64,000 bases of DNA from Pseudobdellovibrionaceae bacterium (GCA_039810425.1 JBDHWW010000001.1:96001-160000), one strand, 5' to 3'; positions 26,126 through 36,332 are shown, numbered from the stretch's first letter. Notes: a model not told the origin generated them from the letters alone. Program-made: numbers and translations.

Positions 26126-27430
26126 ATGAAAACAAAAAATATTTTTTTTGTGGCCCTGGTGGTTTCTTTTTCAGCAGCTTTCGCCCAAGAGACAGAGCTT
26201 ATATCTTTGAGTGCCTATGCGCGCATTGCGAACGGGCAATTTCAAGATAAATTGCCGGTCGACATCCGGGATAAAGATATTTATTCGCCGAAGTCTGTGC
26301 GCTTTTCGACGGATGCCCGCAAGATTTATATCAACTCCCTCGAAGGCGGGAAGACGGTGGTGTACTCTTGGCCGGAGCTGCAGAAGCTAAAAACAATCGT
26401 TCACAAATTCACGGAAAAAGATGCGGCTCTTTTTGAAGGCGAAGTCAGCGTATTTGACTATAAGTTCTATTCCCAGCCGCCCACCGGCGATGTGAATCAG
26501 TTTGTGGGAAAGCCTGTGGAAAGCGAGCTGTCAGCTGACGGCCGTTATTTGTGGGTGCCGTACTATCGCCGTGATTGGGACCGCTACGGCCAATCACCCA
26601 GCGCAATTTCGATCATTGACACTCGCACGGATGAAATCGTGCGCGTAATGCAAACGGGGCCGATTCCAAAGTTTGTTGTGGCATCACCTGATGGCCACTA
26701 TGTGGCTGTGATGAATTGGGGCGATAACACGATTGGCTTGATTGATACTTCGAGCCGTGATCCTCGCCAGTATCACTATGTGGCTCACATAGTGGTGGAA
26801 ACACAACTGAGCCAGGATGGACTTGAGGGCACGGACCGTGATTCTACGTGCGGCTTCTGCCTTCGTGGCAGTCTTTTCACTCCGGATAGCCAATACTTGC
26901 TGGTGTCACGTATGGGAAAAGGCGGTATCGCCGGATTTCATATTCCAACGCGTACTTATTTGGGTTCGGTCATGAATATTGCTTCCACACCAAGGCATAT
27001 GGTGCTGAGTCCGGATGCTCAAACAATCTACGTGAGTTCGAATTACGCGGGTGTTGTTTCTAAAGCCCCTTTGTCAGAGGTTGTTAAAGCTTTGATCTCT
27101 GCAAAAGGCAAAAGAATCAACGGGCCGAAATGGAAATCAGTTTCCGTCGGTCAAGGGGCGCGGACATTGGATATTTCTCCGAAGGGCAGATTCCTATTTG
27201 TAGCGGTTAACGACACGGCGGAACTTGTAACTTTGGATGCGCAGACGTTGCAAGTGCTATCGCGTATGAATGTTGATCCGTTCGCGGTAGGCTTAGCGGT
27301 GGCACCGGACATGTCGGCGGTGATTGTAACAAGCCAGGGCCGGGCTGGGGAAGGCGGAGGCAATGCCGTTAACATCATTCGCGTGCGCGCTAACGACGGG
27401 CCCGTGCTTTCGACGATTAAGCTTCAATAA
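26126..27430 (+). CDS. Secreted YncE/YVTN-type beta-propeller protein
   Basis: Signal peptide ending AFA; repeated S-P-D-G-type blades and IIDT motifs. Confidence 0.8.
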   Translation: MKTKNIFFVALVVSFSAAFAQETELISLSAYARIANGQFQDKLPVDIRDKDIYSPKSVRFSTDARKIYINSLEGGKTVVYSWPELQKLKTIVHKFTEKDAALFEGEVSVFDYKFYSQPPTGDVNQFVGKPVESELSADGRYLWVPYYRRDWDRYGQSPSAISIIDTRTDEIVRVMQTGPIPKFVVASPDGHYVAVMNWGDNTIGLIDTSSRDPRQYHYVAHIVVETQLSQDGLEGTDRDSTCGFCLRGSLFTPDSQYLLVSRMGKGGIAGFHIPTRTYLGSVMNIASTPRHMVLSPDAQTIYVSSNYAGVVSKAPLSEVVKALISAKGKRINGPKWKSVSVGQGARTLDISPKGRFLFVAVNDTAELVTLDAQTLQVLSRMNVDPFAVGLAVAPDMSAVIVTSQGRAGEGGGNAVNIIRVRANDGPVLSTIKLQ

Positions 27431-28523
27431 GCCCCGGAGGTACTTCCCCTTTGGCAAGAGCTTGGGCCACTTTCTGGTGGTCCTCGCTACCAACGATCTT
27501 CAATGCTTCGTCTAACGGCATTGGGTCGGGGTGGGGAATCTTATCTTTCTTAACTTCCAGGATTTGCTTATAGCTGACCTCGAGGTCCGCTTTTTTCAGC
27601 GTGCCTTGAGCAATTGCTTCGGTAATTCCTTCGATGGCGCGTGGGGGTGACAAAGGCTCATTACAATAGAGCAGCACCTGGGCACCGGCTTGCATGGCAC
27701 GAACTGGAATTTGCTTTGGATCGTAGTGTTTCACCATTGCTTTCATATCGAGGTCGTCTGTGACGATCAAACCGCGATAGCGGCATTGTTCGCGAAGGAT
27801 CTTCTTCAGGAAAGTCTCTGACAACGTGACGGGCCAATCCGGGTCGACATTTTTAAAAAGAATATGAGATGTCATCACCATATCCACACGAGCTTTGAAA
27901 GAACGCTTAAATGGAATGAGTTCCAAACTGTCCAGGCGCTTCATATCGAGTTCTTCAACTGGAAGATCTTCGTGGCTGTCGACAATCGTATTGCCGTGAC
28001 CCGGGAAGTGCTTGGCGCAAGAGATGATGTTTGATTTGATGTAACCACGAACCAGAGCGGAAGTGTGCTTGGCGACCATCTCAGGATCGCTACTGATCGA
28101 ACGGTCGCCAATAACGGTGTTCTTTGGATTTGTGAAAATATCCACGCACGGGGCGAAATCCAAGTTGATGCCGACGGCATTGAGTTCCAAGCCCATTTTA
28201 TTAGAGAAGTGAAAGGTGACTGTGGCGTTGTCGAGATCACCGAGTTTTTTGAGCGGTGGCCACTGAGTAAATGGTGCCTTTAATCTTGCGACACGGCCGC
28301 CCTCCATATCGATACCGATAAAGAGCGGGGCTTTGTCTTGCATTTGACTGCGCAAAGATTGGATTTCTTTGCAGAGGGCATGAACCTGCTTTGGTTCAGA
28401 GACATTGCGGCCCATAAGAATGATGCCGCCGATGTTATTGTTAACGATGAATTTCTTTTCGTCCGGAGTCAGAGATTGCCCGGCAATCCCGATAATCATG
28501 TGTTGGCCGATCAGTTTATTCAT
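27417..28523 (-). CDS. nagZ: Beta-N-acetylhexosaminidase (GH3)
   Basis: IDMEGGRVARL, KHFPGHG-DSH and TDDLDMKA. Confidence 0.93.
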   Translation of the reverse strand: MNKLIGQHMIIGIAGQSLTPDEKKFIVNNNIGGIILMGRNVSEPKQVHALCKEIQSLRSQMQDKAPLFIGIDMEGGRVARLKAPFTQWPPLKKLGDLDNATVTFHFSNKMGLELNAVGINLDFAPCVDIFTNPKNTVIGDRSISSDPEMVAKHTSALVRGYIKSNIISCAKHFPGHGNTIVDSHEDLPVEELDMKRLDSLELIPFKRSFKARVDMVMTSHILFKNVDPDWPVTLSETFLKKILREQCRYRGLIVTDDLDMKAMVKHYDPKQIPVRAMQAGAQVLLYCNEPLSPPRAIEGITEAIAQGTLKKADLEVSYKQILEVKKDKIPHPDPMPLDEALKIVGSEDHQKVAQALAKGEVPPGLIEA

Positions 28524-28546
28524 AAGTAGATCCCCTTTTATCGTCC

Positions 28547-29422
28547 TTATTTTCCAGCTGGTTTTGTTGCCGGTGGTTCTGCTTTGATTTGAATCCCTTG
28601 TCCCTGAGGAATGCCTTCTTGCTTTCCCGGATTTGCGGGCTGCATAGTCGAACTTTTTGAAACCAAATTTGTTTTGCCGGCAGGGACATCACTAAAGAGA
28701 CTTTTTAAAATACCTTGGCTGACAGGAAAGTTCTTTGTCGCTGCGGCCGGATCGGCGACGAGCTCGGTGGAAACACCTTGCGCAACAGATGTGGTGCCGA
28801 GAACCTCGCCGCGCTCATTCACATAGCTTAAAAATGGAACATCTTTAAACTTGTTTTGAACCTTGAAAGCTTTCAAACCCAAAAAAGCTTCCTCTTTACC
28901 CACGGAAGCCAGGCCTTTGTAGGCCTCAGCATCTTCTTCCGCGATGGCGGTGTAGTCATAGGCGGAATCGGTTTTCAGACCTTCTTTGCTTTTGAGCATG
29001 ACATAAACGAGGAACGTGCTAAGAAAAGTGTTCTTTGCAAGATCCTTGCGGATCATTTTTGTTTTGCCGGCTTCTTTTACTTCAGCAGTCATTTTCAAGC
29101 CGTTGAACTTTGCATCGATCGTTTTTGTCTCTTTGCCAACGATGCTTGTATATGAATAAGAAATCGGGCCTAGATCCGCGCCGGCAAAGGCTTTGAGGCT
29201 TTCGGTGATTTCCGCGCCTTGGCCCGTTGTCTTTAAAAAGTAAGTAGAAATGAATTTTTTGCTTTTTGCATCGAATTCATATTTTGAAATTGTGTAACCG
29301 ATGGGATTGCCGGCAGACATAATTTTGTAATAACCCTCAAATAAAACTTCCGCGTGGGCAAAAGAGAATGAGCACGCGCAGAAAATTGCAACAACCTTCA
29401 GTGGAGAGAGTATGCGGACCAT
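28547..29422 (-). CDS. Secreted hypothetical protein
   Basis: AAGGAGGT RBS before ATG 29422; signal peptide ending AHA; beta-rich. Confidence 0.75.
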   Translation of the reverse strand: MVRILSPLKVVAIFCACSFSFAHAEVLFEGYYKIMSAGNPIGYTISKYEFDAKSKKFISTYFLKTTGQGAEITESLKAFAGADLGPISYSYTSIVGKETKTIDAKFNGLKMTAEVKEAGKTKMIRKDLAKNTFLSTFLVYVMLKSKEGLKTDSAYDYTAIAEEDAEAYKGLASVGKEEAFLGLKAFKVQNKFKDVPFLSYVNERGEVLGTTSVAQGVSTELVADPAAATKNFPVSQGILKSLFSDVPAGKTNLVSKSSTMQPANPGKQEGIPQGQGIQIKAEPPATKPAGK

Positions 29423-29551
29423 GGTCTGGGACCTCCTTGGGGGTACGGCTAAAAGTCTCACTTGGCCCCAGAGTGAAGTCAAAGAGTTCAAGGTCGAGTT
29501 CTCGACGGAAGTTGCTCCCGGGCAAAGAATCAGCAACAATAGTAGAACACG

Positions 29552-31732
29552 ATGATGAAATCTATTTTTGCACGCATTCGTAATCGTAAGGGCCAGGTGG
29601 CCATTTTTATCGCACTGATATTCCAAGTGCTTTTTCTATTTTTTGCGATGATCATCAACGTGGGTCTGCTAGTGCATCATAAAATTAATCTGCAAAACTC
29701 TGTGGATCTAGCCGCTTACTATGGAGCAATGAAACAAGCTGAGATGATGAATGCGGTGGCGCACGTGAATTATCAAATTCGCCAAAGCTGGAAATTGCTC
29801 GCATGGAGATATCGCCAGCTTGGAACCGCCGGCGATTACATAGTTCATCCCTATAACAAGCCACAAAAGAAGATTGATGCTTCGGATATTGAGGGATTAC
29901 CGGTGGGCTCAACGCCATCCCGTCAGCAGTACTATGATGCTCCGGCATTCTGTATTACTTATGCGCCTTTTTCCCCGATGCCATCGGCTCGTGAAAGCAC
30001 TTGCAAGGATCAAAGCGACCAGAAGACGATAAAACTTTTCAACCCTCCGCCCATTATCGCGGGTTTCTTGAGCATCAATACTGCGATCCATGTGGCGACC
30101 ACGCGTGCTTTGAACGAAGCCATTCAGCGCTGTAAGTACGTGGGTCAGTTCAATTATATGATCCTCGCGCGTTTTATTGCGGCTTACAATATCGATCAGG
30201 GCGAACGAAAGCAGTTGATTTCGATGCTGTCGCGTGGCCTTAGCGAAAAGCCGGATGATTTTCGTGATATCTCCGGCGAATTGGCGAGCGAAGGCATTAT
30301 CAAGACGTTCAGAAATAATCTGACTGAGGCAAATCGAAACTCTATCAAAGATGATCAAATCAAAATTATCAACGGGCTTGGTCAGAATGACTGCAATGCT
30401 GTCGGCCGAGCAAACACAGATCCGGCGAAATGGCTGTCAGAAGTTAAGATTAAACCGGCGTTTAACTATATGGACTTTTTGTGTGGATCGGGCAGTCCGC
30501 CAGAAGTAAAGCCAGATCCAAAAGAACTGACTCAACAAAATTTGCCGAATTACGTAAATGAGCTTCAAGACGATATTTCATATCTTTCCAAGTTAGTTGA
30601 TCCGCTTCAACCACCCTATAATGCATCCGTTGGCGTAGAAAAAAATCCCTGGTGTATGGCCTACGTTGGTGTGAGTGCGGAAACCAAGCCAAGCATTCCG
30701 TTTGCCCCGCTGGGCGGTGTGACCTTGAAAGCGCGGGGGTTCGCCAAACCTTTCGGAGGCAAGATCGGTCCATGGTACTACTCGCAATGGCCGCGCGGAT
30801 CCGATCAATCAAACGGTGGCAAGCGAATAGACGCCTTGTTGCCCTGGCGCGAAGGCGATAAGTCAAATCAAGCAGACCCAACCGATCCAACACGTGCAGC
30901 AAACTACAGCCGTTTTCCAGGTGATAAAGCGGGAATGAAGTCTCGTGCAGTGATGGGCCAATATGGCCGTGCTATTTACAATTTAAGTCAGGACTGGAGC
31001 CAACGGAGGCCCAATCCCGCTATCGATGATTCTCTGCCGGCGCACTGGAGTCGTTCGGTAGAGCCAAACTTCTATCACTGGAATCACTTGGGCCAGACCT
31101 TTACAGCTGAGAAAAGTGGAGACATTCTGGCCTGGGATAGCGTCACCGATGGTTATCCGCGCATGCGTGATCTGGAACTGATGGCGATTCTTCCAGATAT
31201 GTTTGACATCACTTACTACTCGATTGATCCGGATTACTATCACAACTATTACCTAAAGCTCACCAATGAATATATTAAAAAAGCTCCGGGTAGCTTCAAG
31301 TATGTGATTCGCCCTGACTTGGGAGTTCGCATGAACAGTAGTGATAAAGCTCTTTCAGAATACAGCATTCGCGATCAATACAAGCGCTATGAAAAGGTGA
31401 AAACCATGGATCCGCAGGCGGATGAACCAAAAGTAGAGTTTGAAACAAAGCTTATTTACATAGCGACTTCGGTGTATCAAGTTTTGACATCCTGGATTGG
31501 CAAAGACTTGATGGACTACTCTCTGGATGCCGAGAGATTTGGTAAATGCGTCTCTAAACCTGAAGATCTTTTGAAGGGCGGGCCCACCAGCGGCGACTGT
31601 ATAAATGGTGGACGCACGGGTTACTCGGTGAAAATGGTTTCGACAGACTACCTTCGCTCGCAAGATCTTGATCTCGGTGGCGAAGGTGGTGCGACGGGTG
31701 GTATTTTAAACCCTCCAAACAATGATTTCTAG
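29552..31732 (+). CDS. Large TadG-like (Tad domain) pseudopilin
   Basis: RKG|QVAIFIAL...INVGLL...LQNSVDLAAYYGA, the typical TadE/G-like N-terminal motif. Confidence 0.85.
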   Translation: MMKSIFARIRNRKGQVAIFIALIFQVLFLFFAMIINVGLLVHHKINLQNSVDLAAYYGAMKQAEMMNAVAHVNYQIRQSWKLLAWRYRQLGTAGDYIVHPYNKPQKKIDASDIEGLPVGSTPSRQQYYDAPAFCITYAPFSPMPSARESTCKDQSDQKTIKLFNPPPIIAGFLSINTAIHVATTRALNEAIQRCKYVGQFNYMILARFIAAYNIDQGERKQLISMLSRGLSEKPDDFRDISGELASEGIIKTFRNNLTEANRNSIKDDQIKIINGLGQNDCNAVGRANTDPAKWLSEVKIKPAFNYMDFLCGSGSPPEVKPDPKELTQQNLPNYVNELQDDISYLSKLVDPLQPPYNASVGVEKNPWCMAYVGVSAETKPSIPFAPLGGVTLKARGFAKPFGGKIGPWYYSQWPRGSDQSNGGKRIDALLPWREGDKSNQADPTDPTRAANYSRFPGDKAGMKSRAVMGQYGRAIYNLSQDWSQRRPNPAIDDSLPAHWSRSVEPNFYHWNHLGQTFTAEKSGDILAWDSVTDGYPRMRDLELMAILPDMFDITYYSIDPDYYHNYYLKLTNEYIKKAPGSFKYVIRPDLGVRMNSSDKALSEYSIRDQYKRYEKVKTMDPQADEPKVEFETKLIYIATSVYQVLTSWIGKDLMDYSLDAERFGKCVSKPEDLLKGGPTSGDCINGGRTGYSVKMVSTDYLRSQDLDLGGEGGATGGILNPPNNDF

Positions 31733-31740
31733 AGGGAAAT

Positions 31741-31755
31741 GTCTCACTCTGAGAC
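31741..31755. promoter_or_regulatory. Perfect palindrome GTCTCA-N3-TGAGAC (putative protein-binding site)
   Basis: Read directly; intergenic; related variants at 20488-20502 and 48399-48413. Confidence 0.45.
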
Positions 31756-31779
31756 ATCGGAAATTTTAATAACTTTGTT

Positions 31780-31807
31780 TCAAGACAGCCCGACCTATGT
31801 CCGATAA
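31780..31807 (+). promoter_or_regulatory. Sigma-28 (FliA)-like promoter
   Basis: TCAAG-N15-TCCGATAA, ~20 bp upstream of ATG 31829. Confidence 0.6.
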
Positions 31808-31828
31808 GATAAATACTGGGGATGAATC

Positions 31829-33307
31829 ATGAAATACCTATCTAGCTGTACGGTCATCGGGCTTGTTTTGTTAAGTTCTCTTCCTGCGTTTTCAGATTAC
31901 AGCGCTGAGAAGCCACAGCCTCTTTCGGCGGCGAGTTTGGCCCTCCAACAATACCCAGAGCAAGCCAACAACACAAAGGATGGTGGTGAGGGTTATGAAC
32001 CTGATAAAGTCATCAATCTAACAGTCACAAAATGGATTAATGAATTAGACAACTCCATTTGTCCTGTTAGTACGGCGAAGAGCTTAGCGCAAAAAATTAA
32101 TCAAGATGCGGAAAAATACAAAGCAAGCCAAAAGTCATGTCAAGACCGCGAGGACAAAGCCAATAAGTTCTGTATGGAAAGTCGCAATCCTGATGTCAAA
32201 AACTATCTCATGATTGCACAGATTTTAACGGGTAGCTTGTCGGGCATGGCAGATGCTTGTAGTAAATTTGGACAAGTGATGGATGCTGCTAATAAAATGC
32301 TCACTCTGTATCAAACTGCTTGTAGTTCTTGGCGCGGAGTTTGTATGTCAGCGTGTGGAGATGCGGTCAGCGCCCTAAAGTCTATAGAAAAAAACAAAGA
32401 CGCTTTAGTAAAGAATGTAGTGGCAGAGGCAAAAGTGCAAAGTGCGATCGCGGCAAAGGCGGCGAACAAGGCAACGCAAGCGGCGTGTGATACCTTGGCT
32501 GCCAGTTATGCGTCATACGTCAAAAATAACTCAGCAGAAATTACTGCAGAACTGAACACAGACGGTAAGGACTATAAAGCTGTGGCCAAAAAACAAGAGA
32601 CTTGCAAAGGCTACGCAAAAGAGCTGGCGTCGGCAGGTGTGGGGATGATCGGAGTTCTGAAGTCTTTTGGCCAAGGAAATAAGTGTGAAAACCAAACAAC
32701 GAATGTGGCGACAGAAACTAACGTGGATTGCACCGTCCCCGCGAATAAGCAAAACAATATGCAGTGTATCTGTCAGGATTCGCCTCGCACTCCTGGATGC
32801 AACAACGGTTTGGATTCAGTGGCTGCGGCTAAAAGTGGTGATACTCTCAGAGGGGTAGATCCTGGAAGCTATACTCCGGGCGGGGGCTCGGCGGGCAACT
32901 TTGGCATCGACGGTGGAACTGATGGGATGGATCTTTCAAGTAAATCTCCTGATGGCGGTGGATCTCTGCCAGGCGCGCCTTCGGGTGGTGGCAGCGGTCT
33001 TGGTGGCAGCGGCGGCGGTTTTGGCGGCGGCGGCGCCGGCGACGGAGCTCAAGCGAAGAGAGCGGGCGGGCTTAATACCAATATTCTCGGTGGTGAGGGT
33101 GGCGGCGGTGGCGGTGGCAGTTGGGGTGGTTCTAACTATGATAGAGATACGGCATTGCGCCAGTATTTGCCAGGTGGTGCGAAAGATCCAGCAGCAATGG
33201 CTGGAGCGGCATTGAGCAAACAAGTGACTTCTCAGGGTGGTAGATCTAACTGGGAGAAGGTCAAAGATCGTTATCGCGACAATAAACCAAGTTTGTTGGG
33301 GTACTAA
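31829..33307 (+). CDS. Secreted Cys-rich helical protein with a Gly-rich C-terminal region
   Basis: Signal peptide ending AFS; many Cys; poly-Gly tracts; ends KDPAAMAG...SNWEKVKDRYR. Confidence 0.8.
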   Translation: MKYLSSCTVIGLVLLSSLPAFSDYSAEKPQPLSAASLALQQYPEQANNTKDGGEGYEPDKVINLTVTKWINELDNSICPVSTAKSLAQKINQDAEKYKASQKSCQDREDKANKFCMESRNPDVKNYLMIAQILTGSLSGMADACSKFGQVMDAANKMLTLYQTACSSWRGVCMSACGDAVSALKSIEKNKDALVKNVVAEAKVQSAIAAKAANKATQAACDTLAASYASYVKNNSAEITAELNTDGKDYKAVAKKQETCKGYAKELASAGVGMIGVLKSFGQGNKCENQTTNVATETNVDCTVPANKQNNMQCICQDSPRTPGCNNGLDSVAAAKSGDTLRGVDPGSYTPGGGSAGNFGIDGGTDGMDLSSKSPDGGGSLPGAPSGGGSGLGGSGGGFGGGGAGDGAQAKRAGGLNTNILGGEGGGGGGGSWGGSNYDRDTALRQYLPGGAKDPAAMAGAALSKQVTSQGGRSNWEKVKDRYRDNKPSLLGY

Positions 33308-33309
33308 TT

Positions 33310-34272
33310 ATGCCAAAGCAACTTAAGGCTTCTTTACTTACCGTGGTTTTTATTTACACTTCGACAGTCATGGGTGGGGCGATTGAGTCAGGAACCGCAA
33401 GGGTCACTCCAACGTCGGCACCAAAAACTTCGGCTCCATCGATTACGGATTCCTCTCAAGGTGCGGCAAAAGACAATAAGATGGGGCAACTCATGAATAT
33501 TGCTATTGGTGGCGTGAACCTTGCGACCGGTGCTTATTGCCAGAGTACCTGCTCAACGGGTAGTGGATGCTGTCCAATGGCACCGCTATTTTTTTTAATG
33601 GGCATGCAGAATCTTGCACAAGCAGGAGCCCAGGGTAAATCCGGAGGCCAAGCGTCGGGAGCCGTCTATTCTACAGATGTAGGCTTGGACTACGGAGGTT
33701 ATGATCCAAATGCATCGAACCCGTTTGGGGGTGACCCAGAAATGAAAGTGGGTAAAGACTTTGCGGCCGCTGTGGCCGCAGGAAAGACCGGCTTTACCTA
33801 TGATCCAAAAACTAATAGTGTTACGACCGCAAAGGGAAACACAATCAAAGGCAGCGACTTGGGCAACTCTGCAGCGCTAGCCGCTGCGGGCGTGCCTCAA
33901 TCGGCAATTGATATGATGAAGAGCATGGAAAGCGATGTCGTCGCCAAAGCGATGAAAAAAGTCGACAAACTCGGCCTGAACACGAATGTCGTTTCTGGTG
34001 AAGAGAGCAGCGGTGGTATGGGCGGTGGCGGCGGGGCGGGCTCAGCCTCAGGTTCTGGTGACGTGAATCCTTATGGTGCGATGGCGGGAAAAGGTTCTAG
34101 CCTTGGGATTGACCGTGATCCAGCGCAAGTTGCAGGTATGCAAAAGAACTACAATGGTGAACCTATCGGAGTATCTGGTGACAGCATCTTTAAAATGATG
34201 AACCGTCGTTATAAAGTAAAAGAAAGTCAAAGCACATTCTTGGATGAGTCCGACGTTCCGATGCAAAAGTAA
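33310..34272 (+). CDS. Secreted/membrane-associated Gly-rich protein
   Basis: N-terminal hydrophobic segment; Cys cluster within a hydrophobic hairpin; ends RDPAQVAG...SIFKMMNRRYK. Confidence 0.8.
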   Translation: MPKQLKASLLTVVFIYTSTVMGGAIESGTARVTPTSAPKTSAPSITDSSQGAAKDNKMGQLMNIAIGGVNLATGAYCQSTCSTGSGCCPMAPLFFLMGMQNLAQAGAQGKSGGQASGAVYSTDVGLDYGGYDPNASNPFGGDPEMKVGKDFAAAVAAGKTGFTYDPKTNSVTTAKGNTIKGSDLGNSAALAAAGVPQSAIDMMKSMESDVVAKAMKKVDKLGLNTNVVSGEESSGGMGGGGGAGSASGSGDVNPYGAMAGKGSSLGIDRDPAQVAGMQKNYNGEPIGVSGDSIFKMMNRRYKVKESQSTFLDESDVPMQK

Positions 34273-34274
34273 TT

Positions 34275-35282
34275 TTAATTGTTTTCTAAAAAAATCAAAT
34301 CAGTGGCGGCTGTATTGGCGGCCACTTTTATTTTTTCCGCCACCACGACATTTTCGAGGGCTGAACCAGAGAGAACTTGCGCCTGTGAGCCGAACACACC
34401 AAAGCCCTTCAATGTCACCCCAGAGTCAATCTGGGTGCTAGCAGTTTTTAAAATAGTGGCACCATCCAGAGTCTCAAGCACCGGAGCTTCTTGACTAAAG
34501 CGTTCTATAGCCCGGCGAAGATGGCTTTGCTCGTAAGTTTCAGTTTTGCTTTTCAAAATATCTAGGCAACTGCCGGTCGCTTTCAAAAAATCTTGGGCGT
34601 TACCGGTTTCATACCAGTGACAAGGAACTTTGTAGCGTTGGACAAGGTGTCCTTCTTGAATCCCTGTAGTAACTGCATCGTACAGGATGTTGGCCGGAGT
34701 TCCATTCGGCAGGTAATCAAAGATCTTACCTGACAGAATTTGAATACCGATAAAGTGCTCGGCCTTCACACACTCAGCACCGGGAGCTGTCTTGCCGAAA
34801 CCACGAACGCGGTCTTTACTATCAAGCCACACGCCGCCGAACTTAGTTCCGACGCCCTCATGATCCATTGTCAGCAAAGTACAAAGAGCCTTATTTTTTT
34901 GATGAAGCTCAATCGCTTTTGCGATTACACCTTTCTCCTTCGGCAAAACCACTTCATCGGAATTCATCAAGATGAGGTCTTCAGCGGGTTTGAAGTAGTC
35001 CCGCGCGGCACCGAGCCCGCCGCCAGTATCTAGGATTTGCGTAATCTCATGAGAGAAATGTAGCTTTCTTGCCCCATGATTCATGTGGATAAAAAGATCC
35101 ACGATCTTCGTGGGCAAGTGGAAAGTATTTACGATAAGGCGGTCGACTTTAAGGCCTTCAAGAAACGCCAGGGGGTAAGAGGCCAGGGGAATATTCAGAA
35201 AAGGAATCGCCGGTTTTGGCCGGATCAACGTATATGGCCGCAAACGAGTTCCTTCACCCGCCGCGAGGAGCATGACATTCAT
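34275..35282 (-). CDS. Sugar-phosphate nucleotidyltransferase (MurU-like)
   Basis: MLLAAGEGTRLRPYT...PKP and LDTGGG; coupled to an AmgK-like kinase. Confidence 0.8.
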   Translation of the reverse strand: MNVMLLAAGEGTRLRPYTLIRPKPAIPFLNIPLASYPLAFLEGLKVDRLIVNTFHLPTKIVDLFIHMNHGARKLHFSHEITQILDTGGGLGAARDYFKPAEDLILMNSDEVVLPKEKGVIAKAIELHQKNKALCTLLTMDHEGVGTKFGGVWLDSKDRVRGFGKTAPGAECVKAEHFIGIQILSGKIFDYLPNGTPANILYDAVTTGIQEGHLVQRYKVPCHWYETGNAQDFLKATGSCLDILKSKTETYEQSHLRRAIERFSQEAPVLETLDGATILKTASTQIDSGVTLKGFGVFGSQAQVLSGSALENVVVAEKIKVAANTAATDLIFLENN

Positions 35283-36298
35283 AAAAGCTCGTACTTTCTT
35301 TCCAAGGCTCCCGAATCGATCAGTACGTCAGCAAATGGTTTATAGTCAGGAAACTCAGTTAAGCTTTTGAGAACTCTTCTCAGAGTACCCGATAGATATT
35401 TTAAATAGCGCTTGTCTTCACGCAAATGATAGAAGCTGGCAAAGCTGCCGCAGGCCTTAAAGCAGCGTTGGATACTTTGCAGCTCATAGACTTCATTAAA
35501 CTGAGTGCGTGAGAAATCTTTTGGCAAGAATTCGCGGGAGCTTTCTAAATAGTGCTCCATCAGCGTTTTTGTCATTTCATCGTTCATGTTCACATAAGAA
35601 TCTTTGAACAAGCTGACCAGATCATATTGAATAGGTCCAAGGCGCGCATCCTGAAAATCGATCACTTTCATTTCATCAAGTTTGATCATCAGGTTGCGCG
35701 AGTGGTAATCACGGTGAGCGATCTTTTTGGGTTCACGATCCAGCTTGCTGCAAATATCTGTGAATATTCTTTGAATCTCACGTGCCGTCTTATCCGTCCA
35801 TTGGAACTTTAGAATGCCGGAAATCAAGTTGTCTTTTCCATAGTTCATTTCCCAAAGGAACTTTTCAGTATCAAATTTGATATTGAAGGCCGTGCATGGT
35901 CCCGGAGTCGCCGTCGCTTTGTGGTGGATCTTTACAATCTCATCGACGGCCATTTTATAGAAATCTAAAGAAGCTTCTTGAGTTTGGCTTTCCCAGAATT
36001 TTCTTTCGAGAGTCAGGTCACCCAAGTCTTCGAGCAAGACAAGACCATCAGCGGGAGTCATCGCAACCACTTCAGGAACGTGAACGCCGGATTTCGCAAA
36101 ATGCTTGAGAACACTTAAGAAGGGATAGTTATCTGGATCAAACGGTTCCCAGCGCATGAGAACCCAAGATTGTTGATTCAAAACAACACGATAATAACGG
36201 CGATTTGAGGCATCACCAGCTAACGAGTAAATTTTGAAGTCATCACTTTTAAGAGACTGTTTTAAAAAGTTTTGGATGAATTCTTCCATAGAATTCAT
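35279..36298 (-). CDS. amgK: APH-family phosphotransferase, AmgK-like anomeric MurNAc/GlcNAc kinase
   Basis: LAGDASNRRYYR, LEDLGD, HRDYHSRNLM, IDFQDA and YDLVSL. Confidence 0.8.
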   Translation of the reverse strand: MNSMEEFIQNFLKQSLKSDDFKIYSLAGDASNRRYYRVVLNQQSWVLMRWEPFDPDNYPFLSVLKHFAKSGVHVPEVVAMTPADGLVLLEDLGDLTLERKFWESQTQEASLDFYKMAVDEIVKIHHKATATPGPCTAFNIKFDTEKFLWEMNYGKDNLISGILKFQWTDKTAREIQRIFTDICSKLDREPKKIAHRDYHSRNLMIKLDEMKVIDFQDARLGPIQYDLVSLFKDSYVNMNDEMTKTLMEHYLESSREFLPKDFSRTQFNEVYELQSIQRCFKACGSFASFYHLREDKRYLKYLSGTLRRVLKSLTEFPDYKPFADVLIDSGALERKYELL

Positions 36299-36332
36299 CC
36301 TTGCAGACTAGACCTTAAAAGGCAAGACCACC

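Noticed and set aside
32980..33130. GGC/GGT-rich repeats
   Set aside because: These are poly-Gly codons within a CDS, not a CRISPR array or DNA repeat element
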